A DNA stretch of 64,000 bases from Vicinamibacteria bacterium (GCA_963555995.3 OY821641.1:2912001-2976000), one strand, 5' to 3'. Counted from the stretch's first letter, positions 19,562-29,857 are shown. Numbers and translations are program-made. The notes: generated by a model not told the origin, from the letters alone.

Positions 19562-19691
19562 CGATTCTCTTCTCCTCGTTCGAAAAAGGGGACGCTAAAC
19601 GCGGGGCACGCCATTTCCTGTCACTTTTCGAATGAGGTCCTGACATCCCGCCACACTCAAGGCGCCACCGATCCGGGAATCCGACTCTGCC

Positions 19692-19968
19692 GTGCCGGCT
19701 GAAGCCGGCGTTCCAAGCCGTACGCACCGCCCTGCGCGAGCGGCGCTGCGCCGTGCGCGGCGCAGAGCGCCGCGCGTGCCGATCTGGAGATCGGCGTTCC
19801 AAGCCGGTGCGTGATCCGAGCGGGCAGCGGCACGCGGTTTCGCCCGCCTCTGGCGGGCGGTGCCGGCCTGAAGGCCGGCGGTCCCGGGGACGCGCCGTGA
19901 AGATGGGTGGAGTTGCGACGGGCGTGGCGCGGGGCGACGGGCGTGCCGGTCTGGAGACCGGCGGTCCA
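19692..19968. repeat. Cluster of four REP-like palindromes
   Basis: gtgccggctgaagccggcgttcc, gtgccgatctggagatcggcgttcc, gtgccggcctgaaggccggcggtcc, gtgccggtctggagaccggcggtcc spaced ~84 bp. Confidence 0.85.
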
Positions 19969-19988
19969 GGGCCGGTGCGCCGTTCGGG

Positions 19989-22673
19989 TTAGAAGCTCGG
20001 GGCGAAGAGGACGGCGTTCATGAAGAGGCGGGTGAGGCCGTCCCAGAAGAGGCGGAAGTTGGGGTCGTCGAGGAACAGGACGACGCGGCCGGAACCGACC
20101 CGCTCGGTGACCAGATAGGGCGTGCCGGCGATGCGGGCGAGCGAGTCGGGGAAGGCGAAGCCGCTGCCGAGGAGTTCGTCCGGATCGTCGGGGAAACGGA
20201 CCGCGGCGGCGACGGCCGGGTTGGGCTCGAAGGCGAGGCTCGACCAGACCATCACCGGAAACGGCTCCTCGTAGCCGAAGCTCAGGAAGCTCTCCGGGTT
20301 GGGAAGGGCGCGGAGGATGGCGCCGGGGATCGGCTCGGCGGGCTGCCCGGTTTCTTCCGCATCCGGTGAGGGATCATCGGGGCGGCCGCCGTCGGTCATG
20401 AAGGCCGATTTCGAGGTGAATCCGGGCTTGAGCCGGGTCCGGGTCCAGGAGACGTCCGCTCCGGCGAGCCACGCCGAAGCGCCCCGCATGGCGATGAGCA
20501 CCCCGCCCCGGTCCGTCCACTCCGCCAGGTGGTCGAGAACCGGCCTCGCGCGGGGGTCGCCGTCCGGGTCCGGATACCTGCCGTCCGGGAGGATGAGGAC
20601 CCGGTAGCCGCGGAGATCGGTAGCGGCGAGCCGGTCCCACGAGAGCGCGGTGAACGGCAGGCCGAACCGGCGCTCGAAGAGATACCAGGGGCTGCCGTAG
20701 GCGGACGGGCGCACCGGGCCGCCCATCACCATGGCGATGCGCCCCCCGGCGACCTGGACGAACCGGTCCGATCCGAGGTGGGGACCGGAAGCGGTCAGCG
20801 GACCGTCCACCCCGAGGACCCGGGCCCCGGTCGCCGCCAGCCCGGTGAGCCCGGAACGTAGCGCCGGAAGGTCCGGCGCCTCACCGGCGAAGACCAGCAG
20901 GGCGCCGCGGCCGAAGCTCTCGGCACCGGTCTCGAATGCAGCGGTGGCCACCCGGAACGGGACGCCCTCCTCACCGAGCCACGCGGCGGCGCGGACCGCG
21001 TGATCGGTGTCCCCCGCGATGAGGAACCCATAGTCCGCGTCCCGGTTCCTGAACTCTCCCCTCGTGGGCGGCGGATCGGCGACCGGGTCCTCCAGGGACA
21101 CCGCCTCGGAGGCGGCGGGCGGCGGCAGGTCGGCCGTGCCGACTGTCCAGCCGTTCAGCCGGTAGGTGAGCGGGACGGACCAGCCGGTGATGTCGTAGAA
21201 GGCGTCGGCGCTGGTCCAGATGTCCGGATGGCCGAAGGAGGGATCGGAGCGGCGCTCGCGGTGCTCGTCCACATAGTCGAGGAACTCCTCGCTGAAGCGC
21301 GCGTCCTGTTCGACCAGCACCTGCAGCAGCCGGCCTTCCGGTTGGGCGCCGGGAACCACCAGGCTCCCCGGCGGAAGCGTGATCTCGGAGGCCGGGCCGC
21401 CGCGCGGGAACATGGGACGGGCGGCCCGCACCGTCACCTCGGATGACGTGCGCCGCACCTCGATGCCGTTCCGGAGCAATACCCCGCGCACGGCGTCGAG
21501 CCGCGCCGGATCGGACGCGCCCGAGAGCAGCCATCCACCGGGACGCTCGCCTTCGTCCAACGCTTCCCGCCGGTAGGCCAGGTAGTCACGGAGCCGCCGC
21601 TCCCGGTGGGCCGCGGTGAGCGCCAGCACGCTCCGGCCGGCGATCAGGTGCTGTTCGATCCCGTCCCGCAGCGTGTATTCGCCCCCTCCGGCGCGGGCCA
21701 GGCGCAACCCGCGCCAGCCGCCGCCGGTCGTCTCCAGCGTGAAACCGATGGAGCCAGTGAAGTTCGGCAGCGTGTCCCAGTAGCCCGGGTCGAACTGCCC
21801 GAACTCCCACGGCGCGTACGGGAAGCCCTCCGACGCGAAGTCGGCGGCCATGGCCCGGCCGTACTCGACGAGCCAGTCGCGCTGGTTCGCGGTGAGCACG
21901 GTGTGGAGGGGTTCGGCCATCCAGGGGCCGATGAACGAGTCGGTCTCGCCGTGGTGGTCCACGAACACCATCGGCCGGGTGTCGAGGTAGACCCGGACCA
22001 GCGCCCGGTTCTCGGGCTGGGTGCTCCAGACCGAATCCCGGTTCAGGTTGATCTGGTAGTGGTTGTTGTTCGTGGAGAGGCCCCACGGGGCGCGGTGCTC
22101 GACGGCGTTCGGGTCCGGGTCGCCGTCCGGCCAGCGGGCGGTCGCCTTGAACCAGGCCGCGAAACGCTCGTGGCTGTCCGGGTTCGAGGCGGGAACGACG
22201 TACACCACGAGTTCCTCGAGCAGCTTGTCGTGACGGCCGGACAGCAGTTCCCACGCCATCCAGAGCGCCGCCTCGAAGGCGGCGGACTCGTTGCCGTCGT
22301 TCCCGTAGTTGAGGAAGACCCCGGCGGGGGTGCGCGCGATGACCGCTTCGGCTTCGTCCGCGGCGAGCCCGCGCGGGTCGGCGAGGCGCCGGGTGTCGCG
22401 CTGGATGTCCTCCAGACGGGCGAGGTTGTCGGGCGAGCTGACGGTCAGCAGGATCAGCTCGCGGTGCTCGAAGGTCTCGCCGAAACTGGAGATCCGGAGA
22501 CGCGGCGAGTCCTCGATGGCGTCGAGGTAGCGGTAGAGGCCGCCGTAGTCGGTGACGGAGCCCCCCATCGGATAGCCGAGGACGTCCTCGGGAGAGGGAA
22601 CCTGGGCGACGGCAGTCGACACCGCGGCGAGAAGGCCCAGCAGACCCCCGAACCAGGGGAGACGGATGCGCAA
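19989..22673 (-). CDS. M14-family zinc carboxypeptidase-like secreted protein
   Basis: GNE, NPDSHER, NHYQINLNRD, DHHGE motifs; C-terminal DDPNFRLFW; TTG start at 22673 is inferred. Confidence 0.85.
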   Translation of the reverse strand: MRIRLPWFGGLLGLLAAVSTAVAQVPSPEDVLGYPMGGSVTDYGGLYRYLDAIEDSPRLRISSFGETFEHRELILLTVSSPDNLARLEDIQRDTRRLADPRGLAADEAEAVIARTPAGVFLNYGNDGNESAAFEAALWMAWELLSGRHDKLLEELVVYVVPASNPDSHERFAAWFKATARWPDGDPDPNAVEHRAPWGLSTNNNHYQINLNRDSVWSTQPENRALVRVYLDTRPMVFVDHHGETDSFIGPWMAEPLHTVLTANQRDWLVEYGRAMAADFASEGFPYAPWEFGQFDPGYWDTLPNFTGSIGFTLETTGGGWRGLRLARAGGGEYTLRDGIEQHLIAGRSVLALTAAHRERRLRDYLAYRREALDEGERPGGWLLSGASDPARLDAVRGVLLRNGIEVRRTSSEVTVRAARPMFPRGGPASEITLPPGSLVVPGAQPEGRLLQVLVEQDARFSEEFLDYVDEHRERRSDPSFGHPDIWTSADAFYDITGWSVPLTYRLNGWTVGTADLPPPAASEAVSLEDPVADPPPTRGEFRNRDADYGFLIAGDTDHAVRAAAWLGEEGVPFRVATAAFETGAESFGRGALLVFAGEAPDLPALRSGLTGLAATGARVLGVDGPLTASGPHLGSDRFVQVAGGRIAMVMGGPVRPSAYGSPWYLFERRFGLPFTALSWDRLAATDLRGYRVLILPDGRYPDPDGDPRARPVLDHLAEWTDRGGVLIAMRGASAWLAGADVSWTRTRLKPGFTSKSAFMTDGGRPDDPSPDAEETGQPAEPIPGAILRALPNPESFLSFGYEEPFPVMVWSSLAFEPNPAVAAAVRFPDDPDELLGSGFAFPDSLARIAGTPYLVTERVGSGRVVLFLDDPNFRLFWDGLTRLFMNAVLFAPSF

Positions 22674-22794
22674 GAAACCGACTATAGTGGCCAGCCCGCC
22701 AGCGCCGGAAGGACGTTGCGTTTCGGACCTGTCAGCGTGACGTTCAGGCACTGCGGAAGACGGTCCAGAGGAACCCGAGCGAAGGAGTGAGTCC

Positions 22795-24156
22795 ATGTCA
22801 GAAGGAATCTGGTTGAACCGCAGGGCGTTTCTGAAGGGCGCCGGCGCGACCGCGCTCGCGGGCGCGGCGACGTCGGGAACCTCGCTGCTCCACCCGGTGA
22901 CGGCGGGAGCCGCGGTGCAGGACGGGTCCGGCCAATTCGACTTCGACACGCCCTACGACCGGCTCGGCACCGACTGCTCCAAGTGGGACACCATCATCGA
23001 GCGGTACGGCGCGGAGAACATCCAGGTGGCGATGGGCGTCGCCGACATGGACTTCAAGTGCGCCCCGGTCATCACCGAGGCCCTGATGGACCGGGTGAAG
23101 CACGAGAACTGGGGCTACCTCAAGATGCCGGAGGACTTCTTCCCGGCCATCCTCGACTGGAACCGGACGCGCCACGGGCTGGAGATCAATCCGGACCTGA
23201 TGGCGCTCTCCGACGGCGTCCACCCGGCGCTGATCGCGGCGCTCAAGGCGTTCGCGCGGCCCGGCAGCCGGGTGCTCCTGACGACCTCGACCTACAGCGG
23301 CTTCTACACCGACCTGCGCGAGTCCCACACGCTCGCGGAAGAGAGTCCGCTGATCATTGACAACGGGGTCCACCGGCTGGACTTTGACGACCTCGAGTCG
23401 CGGATCTCGCAGGAGACCGACGCGCTGATCCTCTGCAACCCGCAAAACCCCACCGGGAACTGCTGGTCGCCGGAAGACCTCATGCGGCTGGGCCAACTGT
23501 GCCTCGAGCGCCGGGTGGTGGTGCTGGCCGACGAGATCCACTGCGACTTCGTCACCAAGGGGCAGAAGTACACGCCCTTCGCCACCCTGCCCGACAAGGC
23601 GGTGGTGGACAACAGCGTCACCTTCCAGTCGGGGAGCAAGACGTTCAGCCTCGCCGCCATGAAGGTCGCCTGGTTCCACTCCACCAATCCCGAGTACTTC
23701 CAGAAGGTCCAGGATCAGCACATGGCGCAGACCAACACGCTCGGCGTGGTGGCGCACCATGCGGCGCTCCGAGGCGGCGCGGAGTGGCTCGACCAGTTGC
23801 TGGTCTATCTCGACGGCAACCACGATCTCGTCGAGCAGTACCTCCGCGAGAAGGTCCCGCAGGTCCAGTACTCAAAGGCGCAGGGCACCTACCTCGCCTG
23901 GCTGGACGTGTCGCAGGTCGCCGAGACGATCGGCGCGGCCGAGAAGGCCGCGGCGGCCACCGAGACCGAGGAAGAGGAGGTGACGCCGGAGGACATCGTG
24001 GTCCGCTGGCTGGTCGAGAACGCCGGCGTGTACACCAACCCGGGGTCGAACTACGGCCCGGGCGGCGAGGGCTGGGTCCGCATGAACCTCGGCACGTCGC
24101 GGCAGTTGATCCAGGTAGCGCTCGACAACATCGCGGAGGCGATGAACAGCCTCTAG
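22795..24156 (+). CDS. MalY/PatB-family PLP enzyme with twin-arginine signal
   Basis: NRRAFLK; MGVADMDF, LCNPQNPTG, DEIHCD, SKTF, GTYLAWLD. Confidence 0.9.
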   Translation: MSEGIWLNRRAFLKGAGATALAGAATSGTSLLHPVTAGAAVQDGSGQFDFDTPYDRLGTDCSKWDTIIERYGAENIQVAMGVADMDFKCAPVITEALMDRVKHENWGYLKMPEDFFPAILDWNRTRHGLEINPDLMALSDGVHPALIAALKAFARPGSRVLLTTSTYSGFYTDLRESHTLAEESPLIIDNGVHRLDFDDLESRISQETDALILCNPQNPTGNCWSPEDLMRLGQLCLERRVVVLADEIHCDFVTKGQKYTPFATLPDKAVVDNSVTFQSGSKTFSLAAMKVAWFHSTNPEYFQKVQDQHMAQTNTLGVVAHHAALRGGAEWLDQLLVYLDGNHDLVEQYLREKVPQVQYSKAQGTYLAWLDVSQVAETIGAAEKAAAATETEEEEVTPEDIVVRWLVENAGVYTNPGSNYGPGGEGWVRMNLGTSRQLIQVALDNIAEAMNSL

Positions 24157-24162
24157 CGGCGG

Positions 24163-24438
24163 GTGCGACGACGCGACTTCGCGGCGCTTGCCGCGGCGAG
24201 CACTGCCGGCGCCCTGTGGCAACAGGCGTGCGCCGAGGTCGAGGACACCGGCGAGCTCTCCGCTGAAACGGTGGGCACCCTGCTGGACCACCAGGGGCCG
24301 CGAGGGATCTACGACGATCCGGCCGAACTCGAACGGCTCCGCCGGGCGGTCGAGAACATGATCGGCGTGCAACGGACGCTGCGGGAATTCCCGCTCGATC
24401 CCGACGAACCGCCCCTCACCATCTTTCGCCGGGGCTGA
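24163..24438 (+). CDS. Small protein with twin-arginine-like leader, GatC/AtzG-like amidase partner
   Basis: RRRDFAAL leader; C-terminal FPLDPDEPPLTIF; stop 3 bp before the amidase start. Confidence 0.6.
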   Translation: MRRRDFAALAAASTAGALWQQACAEVEDTGELSAETVGTLLDHQGPRGIYDDPAELERLRRAVENMIGVQRTLREFPLDPDEPPLTIFRRG

Positions 24439-24441
24439 GCC

Positions 24442-25917
24442 ATGGCAGTCGAGGAAGGGACCTTTTTCCTCACGGTCTCCGAGCTGGCGGCCGGACTCCG
24501 GAACCGGTCGTTCAGTTCCGTCGAGTTGACCCGTGCCTACCTCGACCGCGCCGAGGAACTGGACGTCCCCCCGTTCGACCTCCCGAGCGAGCCGCGCGAA
24601 GACCACCAGGGGAAGCTGGCCACCATGGTCACGATCGCCCGCGACCACGCCCTCGATGCCGCCGAGCGCGCCGACCGCGAGCTGGCGGCCGGTGACGCGC
24701 GCAGCGTCCTGCACGGGCTTCCCTACGGAGTGAAGGACCTGCTCGATACCCGCGGCGTCCGCACGACGTGGGGTTCCGGCATCTTCCGGGACCGCGTGCC
24801 GGACCGGAACGCCGCGGTGGTGGACCGGCTGGAGGAAGCCGGCGCGGTGATGATGGCCAAGAACTCGCTCGGCGAGTTCGCCGGCGGGAACACCAGCTCG
24901 GCGCTCAACCCCTGGAAGCTGGACCGGACGAGTTTCGGTTCGTCCAGCGGGACGGTTTCGGCCGCCGTGGCGGGCCTGATCGGATTCGGGATCGGCACCG
25001 AGACCGGCGGCTCCATCGTTTTCCCCGCCTCGGCGGTCGGCGCCTCGGGGCTCCGTCCCACCTTCGGGCGCGTGAGCCGGTTCGGCTGCATGGCGCTCTC
25101 CTGGAGCCTCGACAAGATCGGCCCGGTGGGCCGGTCCGCGGAGGACTGCGGCCACGTGCTGGAGGTGATCGCCGGCCGGGACGCCCGGGACACCTCGACG
25201 GCGGACCGCCCGTTCGTCTTCCGCGCGGACCCGGGTTCGATGCGCGGCCGGCGGCTCGGCGTCCATCGCCCCGAGTTCCTGCTCTCCCAGTCGGAGACGA
25301 CCCGGCGGATTTTTCAGGAAGCGCTGGACGTTTTCGCGGCAATGGGCGTGGAAATCGAGGACATCGAACTGCCCCGCTTCCCCACCGGCGCGCTCTTCAC
25401 CACCATCGTCACCGTGGAGAGCGGCACGAACTTCCGGTCCCTCTTCGACGACGGCCGCGCCGCCGAGATGTTCTCGTTCAACGAGGACCGGCGCGCCGGC
25501 TGGATGGCGGGCCGGATGCTCCCCGCCAGCGACTATCTGACCGCGCAGCGGATCCGCAACCAACTCGTCCGCGAGGCCGACGAGATCGTCTCCCGCTACG
25601 ACGCCGTGATCGCGCCGACCTGGCCGAACGGGGCGGCGCTCCGGGTGGTGCGGGACGGCTGGCCGATTCCGGCCCGCAACGAGTGGGAGCCACCGGACGA
25701 CGTGAGCGGGGCCACGCCGCGCCTCAACTACATCGCGAACCTGGTCGGCCACCCCGGCCTCGCCGTCCCCTGCGGCTTCGACGAGGACGGGTTGCCGCTG
25801 TCGCTCCAGATCGTCGGCTCACCGATGGACGACCAGGCGGTCCTGGACTTCGGGATGGCCTTCCAGCGGGAAACCGACTGGCACCGGCGCCGGCCACCCT
25901 TCCCCTGGCGGGAGTAG
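24442..25917 (+). CDS. Amidase-signature family enzyme
   Basis: LHGLPYGVKD, GSSSG, GTETGGSI catalytic triad. Confidence 0.92.
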   Translation: MAVEEGTFFLTVSELAAGLRNRSFSSVELTRAYLDRAEELDVPPFDLPSEPREDHQGKLATMVTIARDHALDAAERADRELAAGDARSVLHGLPYGVKDLLDTRGVRTTWGSGIFRDRVPDRNAAVVDRLEEAGAVMMAKNSLGEFAGGNTSSALNPWKLDRTSFGSSSGTVSAAVAGLIGFGIGTETGGSIVFPASAVGASGLRPTFGRVSRFGCMALSWSLDKIGPVGRSAEDCGHVLEVIAGRDARDTSTADRPFVFRADPGSMRGRRLGVHRPEFLLSQSETTRRIFQEALDVFAAMGVEIEDIELPRFPTGALFTTIVTVESGTNFRSLFDDGRAAEMFSFNEDRRAGWMAGRMLPASDYLTAQRIRNQLVREADEIVSRYDAVIAPTWPNGAALRVVRDGWPIPARNEWEPPDDVSGATPRLNYIANLVGHPGLAVPCGFDEDGLPLSLQIVGSPMDDQAVLDFGMAFQRETDWHRRRPPFPWRE

Positions 25918-25948
25918 CCGCCCCGCCACCCCAAGTCCATGGCGCCGC

Positions 25949-26160
25949 CGGCTTGGAACGCCGGCTTCAGCCGGCACCCGCTGCGCAGAGCGCAGCGGAA
26001 CGACGTACGCCTCCTGCCCACATGGCGCGTGGGCAGGCGAGGCGCCACGAAAGAACTGGTGGCCAGCGTTCCCCGCCTTCGTGCCATCCGGGCAGATGAG
26101 ATCCGTCCCGCCGCCCGCCTTCGGCGGGCTGTGCCGGCTGAAGCCGGCGGCCCCAGCCGG
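25949..26160. repeat. REPIN/MITE-like element (~210 bp)
   Basis: Inverted gccggcttcagccggc palindromes flank a core homologous to 29858-30025 and to the 61.8-62.6 kb units. Confidence 0.85.
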
Positions 26161-26173
26161 TGCGCCGTCCGCC

Positions 26174-27169
26174 TCAGTCGCGCTCGGCCGGGGGCGTGGG
26201 CTGGGGGAGCCGGGCGAGGAAGTCGGTCGCGGAACGGGCGGTTGCGGCGGCCTCGACGACCGCGGCCGGGGACGCCTGGGCCAGCCGGTCGCGCTGCGCT
26301 GGGGGCAGGCTGGCGGCGAAGTCCGCCGGGACCTCGATGCCCCGGCGTCGCAGCAAGGCCTCGGCCATCGCGGCGTGGGCCTGCGCCATGGCCCGGGCGT
26401 GGCTCATCCGCTCCACCCGGGCCAGCAGGGGGTCATCGCGCCAGGCCGTCCCCTCCCGCTCCCCGAGCGCCCGGCCCACCCGCCAGAGGACTTCGGCAGT
26501 GTCCTCGCTCATCACGGCCTCGTTCAGCGCACGGTGGATCTCTTCGGCCCGCCACCCCGGAAACGCCCGGCTCACTGCCGACTCGCGGTACTCGTCGTCC
26601 TCCAGCAGGTGGATGACCAGCCCCGGCCGGCGGCTGCGTGGCCGGCGGGCGGAACCCGCCTCCGGGACCTCCACCCACACCTCCGGAAGGCCCCAGCCCG
26701 CGTACGCCAGGAGCTTGCCCCGCCGGACGTCCGTCGTGTGGTCCACTTCGAGCACCACGTCTGGCAGCGGGTCGTCTCCCACGATCACCCGGCCGCCGGT
26801 CGGCAGCACCGCTCGGCCCGGGTGCAGATACACCGTCTGGTCCGCCTGCATGATGTCGCCCAGCGTTCCGTCCTCGCGCCGGAACCGCAGGTCCGTCGCC
26901 CCGATGCAGCGCGCGTCCGACCCCCGCGCCTGGCAGATCTGCCGGACGAGCGCCGCCAGCCGCGCGGCCGGCCCCTCGTGGTACGCCGTGGTCGGCTCCC
27001 GGACCACCCATGCCGTCTCCGCCGCGGCGCTCCAGTACTCGACCTTCCGCCCCTCCCACTCGGGACCCAGGATCTCGGCCTCGGTCACCCGGACGGGCTC
27101 GCAGCCCGCGAACTCCAGGGCGGACGCCGAGGCCCGGTCGGCCGGCGCCGCTCGCCGCATGACGGGCAT
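26174..27169 (-). CDS. Uma2 (DUF820) family endonuclease-like protein
   Basis: H-E motif, QADQ, PDVVLEVD, KL..YA..GLPEVW; start approximate. Confidence 0.85.
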   Translation of the reverse strand: MPVMRRAAPADRASASALEFAGCEPVRVTEAEILGPEWEGRKVEYWSAAAETAWVVREPTTAYHEGPAARLAALVRQICQARGSDARCIGATDLRFRREDGTLGDIMQADQTVYLHPGRAVLPTGGRVIVGDDPLPDVVLEVDHTTDVRRGKLLAYAGWGLPEVWVEVPEAGSARRPRSRRPGLVIHLLEDDEYRESAVSRAFPGWRAEEIHRALNEAVMSEDTAEVLWRVGRALGEREGTAWRDDPLLARVERMSHARAMAQAHAAMAEALLRRRGIEVPADFAASLPPAQRDRLAQASPAAVVEAAATARSATDFLARLPQPTPPAERD

Positions 27170-27276
27170 TCTAGTCACCGATCCGCCGGCGCCGCGGCAT
27201 GCCGGCGGCGCGTTCCGGGCCGGGGCGCCAAAGGGCATAGACTGGCGCCGGGCGGCATGTCCCGGGTGGAGGCCAG

Positions 27277-28602
27277 ATGACCGGATTCAGGAACGGGCTC
27301 TCGCGGCGTCAGTTCCTGGCCGGGTCCGCCGCGTTCACGCTGGCGTGTTCCGCCCGCTCGGCGAGCGAGCCCGAGTTCGACCTGCTGCTGCGGGGCGGCC
27401 ACCTGATGGACCCGCGGAACGGGCTGAGCGCGGTCCGCGACGTCGCGGTCCACGAAGGCAGGGTGGCGGCGGTCGAGGAAGCGGTGGATCCCGGCCGCGC
27501 GTTCAAGGTGGTGGACTGCGGAGGGCTCTACGTCACGCCCGGGCTGTTCGACATGCACGTGCACGCGTTCGCGGGGACCAACGAACCGGGATCGCTCGTC
27601 GGCGACAGCAGCCTCTATCCGGACGGCCACACCTTCCGCTCGGGGGTCACCACCGTTCTCGACGCCGGGTGCGCCGGCTGGCGGGACTTCGAGACCTTCC
27701 GGGAGACCGTCATCAGCCGCGCCCGGACGCGGGTGCTGGCGCTCGTGAACATCGTCGGCCGCGGGATGCGGGGCGGAGCGATCGAGCAGGACCGGAGTGA
27801 CATGGAGGCCGGGCCGACCGCGGCGCTCGCGCGCGATCACGCCGATGTGATCGTCGGGATCAAGACCGCCCACTACGCCGCCCCGGACTGGTTCGCGGTG
27901 GACGAGTCGCTTCGGGCCGGCGAGGCGGCGGGCCTCCCCCTGATGGTGGACTTCGGGGACGATCACCCGGAGCGCCCGCTCGAAGCCCTGCTCGGCGAGA
28001 AGCTCCGCCGGGGAGACATCTACACCCACTGCTACGCCGGGAACCGGCGCGAACTGCTCGCGGACGGCACGCCGAATCCCGGCCTCTTCGCCGGCCGCGA
28101 ACGGGGCGTGCTCTTCGACGTGGGGCACGGCGGCCGCAGCTTCCGGTGGAGCGTGGCGGCGCGTTGTCTCGAGGCGGGTCTCCCGCCGGACGCGATTTCG
28201 ACGGACCTCCACATCGGCTCCATGAACTCCGGCATGCACGACCAGATCACCACCATGAGCAAGTTCCTCGCGCTCGGGGAGCCCCTGGAGGACGTGATCG
28301 CGCAATCCACCTGGAAGCCGGCCCTCGCGGTGGGACGCGAAGACATCGGACACCTGTCGGTCGGTGCGACGGCGGACATCGCGGTGCTCCAGAAAGAGAC
28401 CGGCGATTTCGGCTACGTGGACAGCTTCGGCGCGCGCCACGACGGATCCGAAAGACTGGTGGCGGAAATGACCTTCAAGGATGGCCGGCTCGCATGGGAC
28501 CGGAACGGACGAACTCGCCGGGACTGGCGCGAGCTGCCGCACGATTACGGAGAACAGGGCGACGCGCGCTGGGACGCCATCCTCTACCGCCAGCGTTCGT
28601 AA
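27277..28602 (+). CDS. Amidohydrolase/dihydroorotase-like metallohydrolase with Tat signal
   Basis: SRRQFL; PGLFDMHVH, GVTTVLDAG, GDIYTH, FDVGHG, ISTDLH. Confidence 0.9.
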   Translation: MTGFRNGLSRRQFLAGSAAFTLACSARSASEPEFDLLLRGGHLMDPRNGLSAVRDVAVHEGRVAAVEEAVDPGRAFKVVDCGGLYVTPGLFDMHVHAFAGTNEPGSLVGDSSLYPDGHTFRSGVTTVLDAGCAGWRDFETFRETVISRARTRVLALVNIVGRGMRGGAIEQDRSDMEAGPTAALARDHADVIVGIKTAHYAAPDWFAVDESLRAGEAAGLPLMVDFGDDHPERPLEALLGEKLRRGDIYTHCYAGNRRELLADGTPNPGLFAGRERGVLFDVGHGGRSFRWSVAARCLEAGLPPDAISTDLHIGSMNSGMHDQITTMSKFLALGEPLEDVIAQSTWKPALAVGREDIGHLSVGATADIAVLQKETGDFGYVDSFGARHDGSERLVAEMTFKDGRLAWDRNGRTRRDWRELPHDYGEQGDARWDAILYRQRS

Positions 28603-28617
28603 GAGGGGGACCGAAAC

Positions 28618-29817
28618 ATGCCTGTGAAGATGACCCGGCGGCGGGTGCTGCAGGGCGGCGCGTCGGCCGCCGTAGTGGGAGCCGCGGGCTGCGGCTCCGG
28701 ATCCGAGCCCGACACCCCCGCGGCGCCGGAGGAGGTTTACCGGCGACTGGGAATCGAGCCGGTGATCAACGGCATCGGCACCGTGACGGTGCTGGGCGGT
28801 TCCCTGATGCCGCCCGAGGTCACGGACGCCATGGTCGCGGCGTCGCGCAACTTCGTGCCCCTGCCCGAGCTTCAGGAACGCGCGGGCGACCACATCGCCC
28901 GGCTGATCGGGGTGCCGGCCGCCATGATCTCGGCCGGGGCCGCCTCGGCGATGACCTGCGGGACCGCGGCGGCGATCGCCGGCGACGACGACGAGAGGCT
29001 GCGGTCGCTTCCGGACACCACCGGGATGAAGAACGAGGTCATCCAGCAGCGGGCCCACCGCACCGGCTACCAGGCCCAACTGGAGCTCACGGGGGCGAAG
29101 GTCGTCTGGGTGGACACCCGGGAGGAACTGGAAGCGGCGATCAGCGAACGGACGGCCATGATGTTCTTCCTGAACTTCGCCGACCCGCGGGGGCAGATCG
29201 GCCGCGCCGAGTGGATCGAGGTGGCGCGGGCGCACGGCGTCCCCACGCTGAACGACGCCGCCGCGGACGTCCCGCCGCCCGAGCGGCTCCACACCTACGT
29301 CGAAGAGGGTTTCGACATGGTGGCCTTCTCGGGCGGCAAGGGGCTCCGGGGTCCGCAGGCCACCGGACTCCTGCTCGGACGCCCCGACCTGATCCGGGCG
29401 GCGCGCAAGGCGATCAGCCCGTTCGGCGGCATCGGCCGCGGCATGAAGGTGGGCAAGGAGGAGCTCGTCGGCCTGGTGGCGGCGGTCGAGCGCTACGTCT
29501 CCCTCGACCACGATGCGGAACGGCGCGAACTGGACGCCCGCGCCGCGTTGATCTCGCAGGTTCTCGGGAGCGTGACCGGCCTCACCTGCGAGACCCACGT
29601 ACCCGAGATCGCCAACCACGTCCCCCACGTGGTGGTGCACTGGGACGAGGGCAGCCTGGGGGTGACCTCGGAGGATGCGGTGGCGAAGCTTCTGGAAGGC
29701 GACCCGCCGGTCGCGGTCTCACACACCGGAGAAGGCCAGCTCCGCATCTCGACGTGGATGCTGCGCCCCGGCGAGGACGCGGTGGTCGCCGAGCGGGTGC
29801 GGGCGCTGTTCGCCTGA
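28618..29817 (+). CDS. SelA-like/DgaE-like PLP-dependent enzyme with Tat/lipoprotein signal
   Basis: TRRRVL...AAGC; INGIGT.T.LGGS, DAAA, FSGGKGLRGPQ, IGRGMKVGKEE. Confidence 0.88.
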   Translation: MPVKMTRRRVLQGGASAAVVGAAGCGSGSEPDTPAAPEEVYRRLGIEPVINGIGTVTVLGGSLMPPEVTDAMVAASRNFVPLPELQERAGDHIARLIGVPAAMISAGAASAMTCGTAAAIAGDDDERLRSLPDTTGMKNEVIQQRAHRTGYQAQLELTGAKVVWVDTREELEAAISERTAMMFFLNFADPRGQIGRAEWIEVARAHGVPTLNDAAADVPPPERLHTYVEEGFDMVAFSGGKGLRGPQATGLLLGRPDLIRAARKAISPFGGIGRGMKVGKEELVGLVAAVERYVSLDHDAERRELDARAALISQVLGSVTGLTCETHVPEIANHVPHVVVHWDEGSLGVTSEDAVAKLLEGDPPVAVSHTGEGQLRISTWMLRPGEDAVVAERVRALFA

Positions 29818-29857
29818 CGCAGCCCGGCAGGAGCCGCCGACGGGCACGATTCGCGCA

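Noticed and set aside
16817-19702. Long antisense or alternate-frame ORFs (also 4945-6960, 27175-29640, 32437-34476, 58177-60369)
   Set aside because: Shadow ORFs of high-GC genes, without recognisable motifs.
28618-29817. True selenocysteine synthase SelA
   Set aside because: Short DgaE-like form with export signal, paired with an amidohydrolase; no selB or tRNA-Sec in the window.
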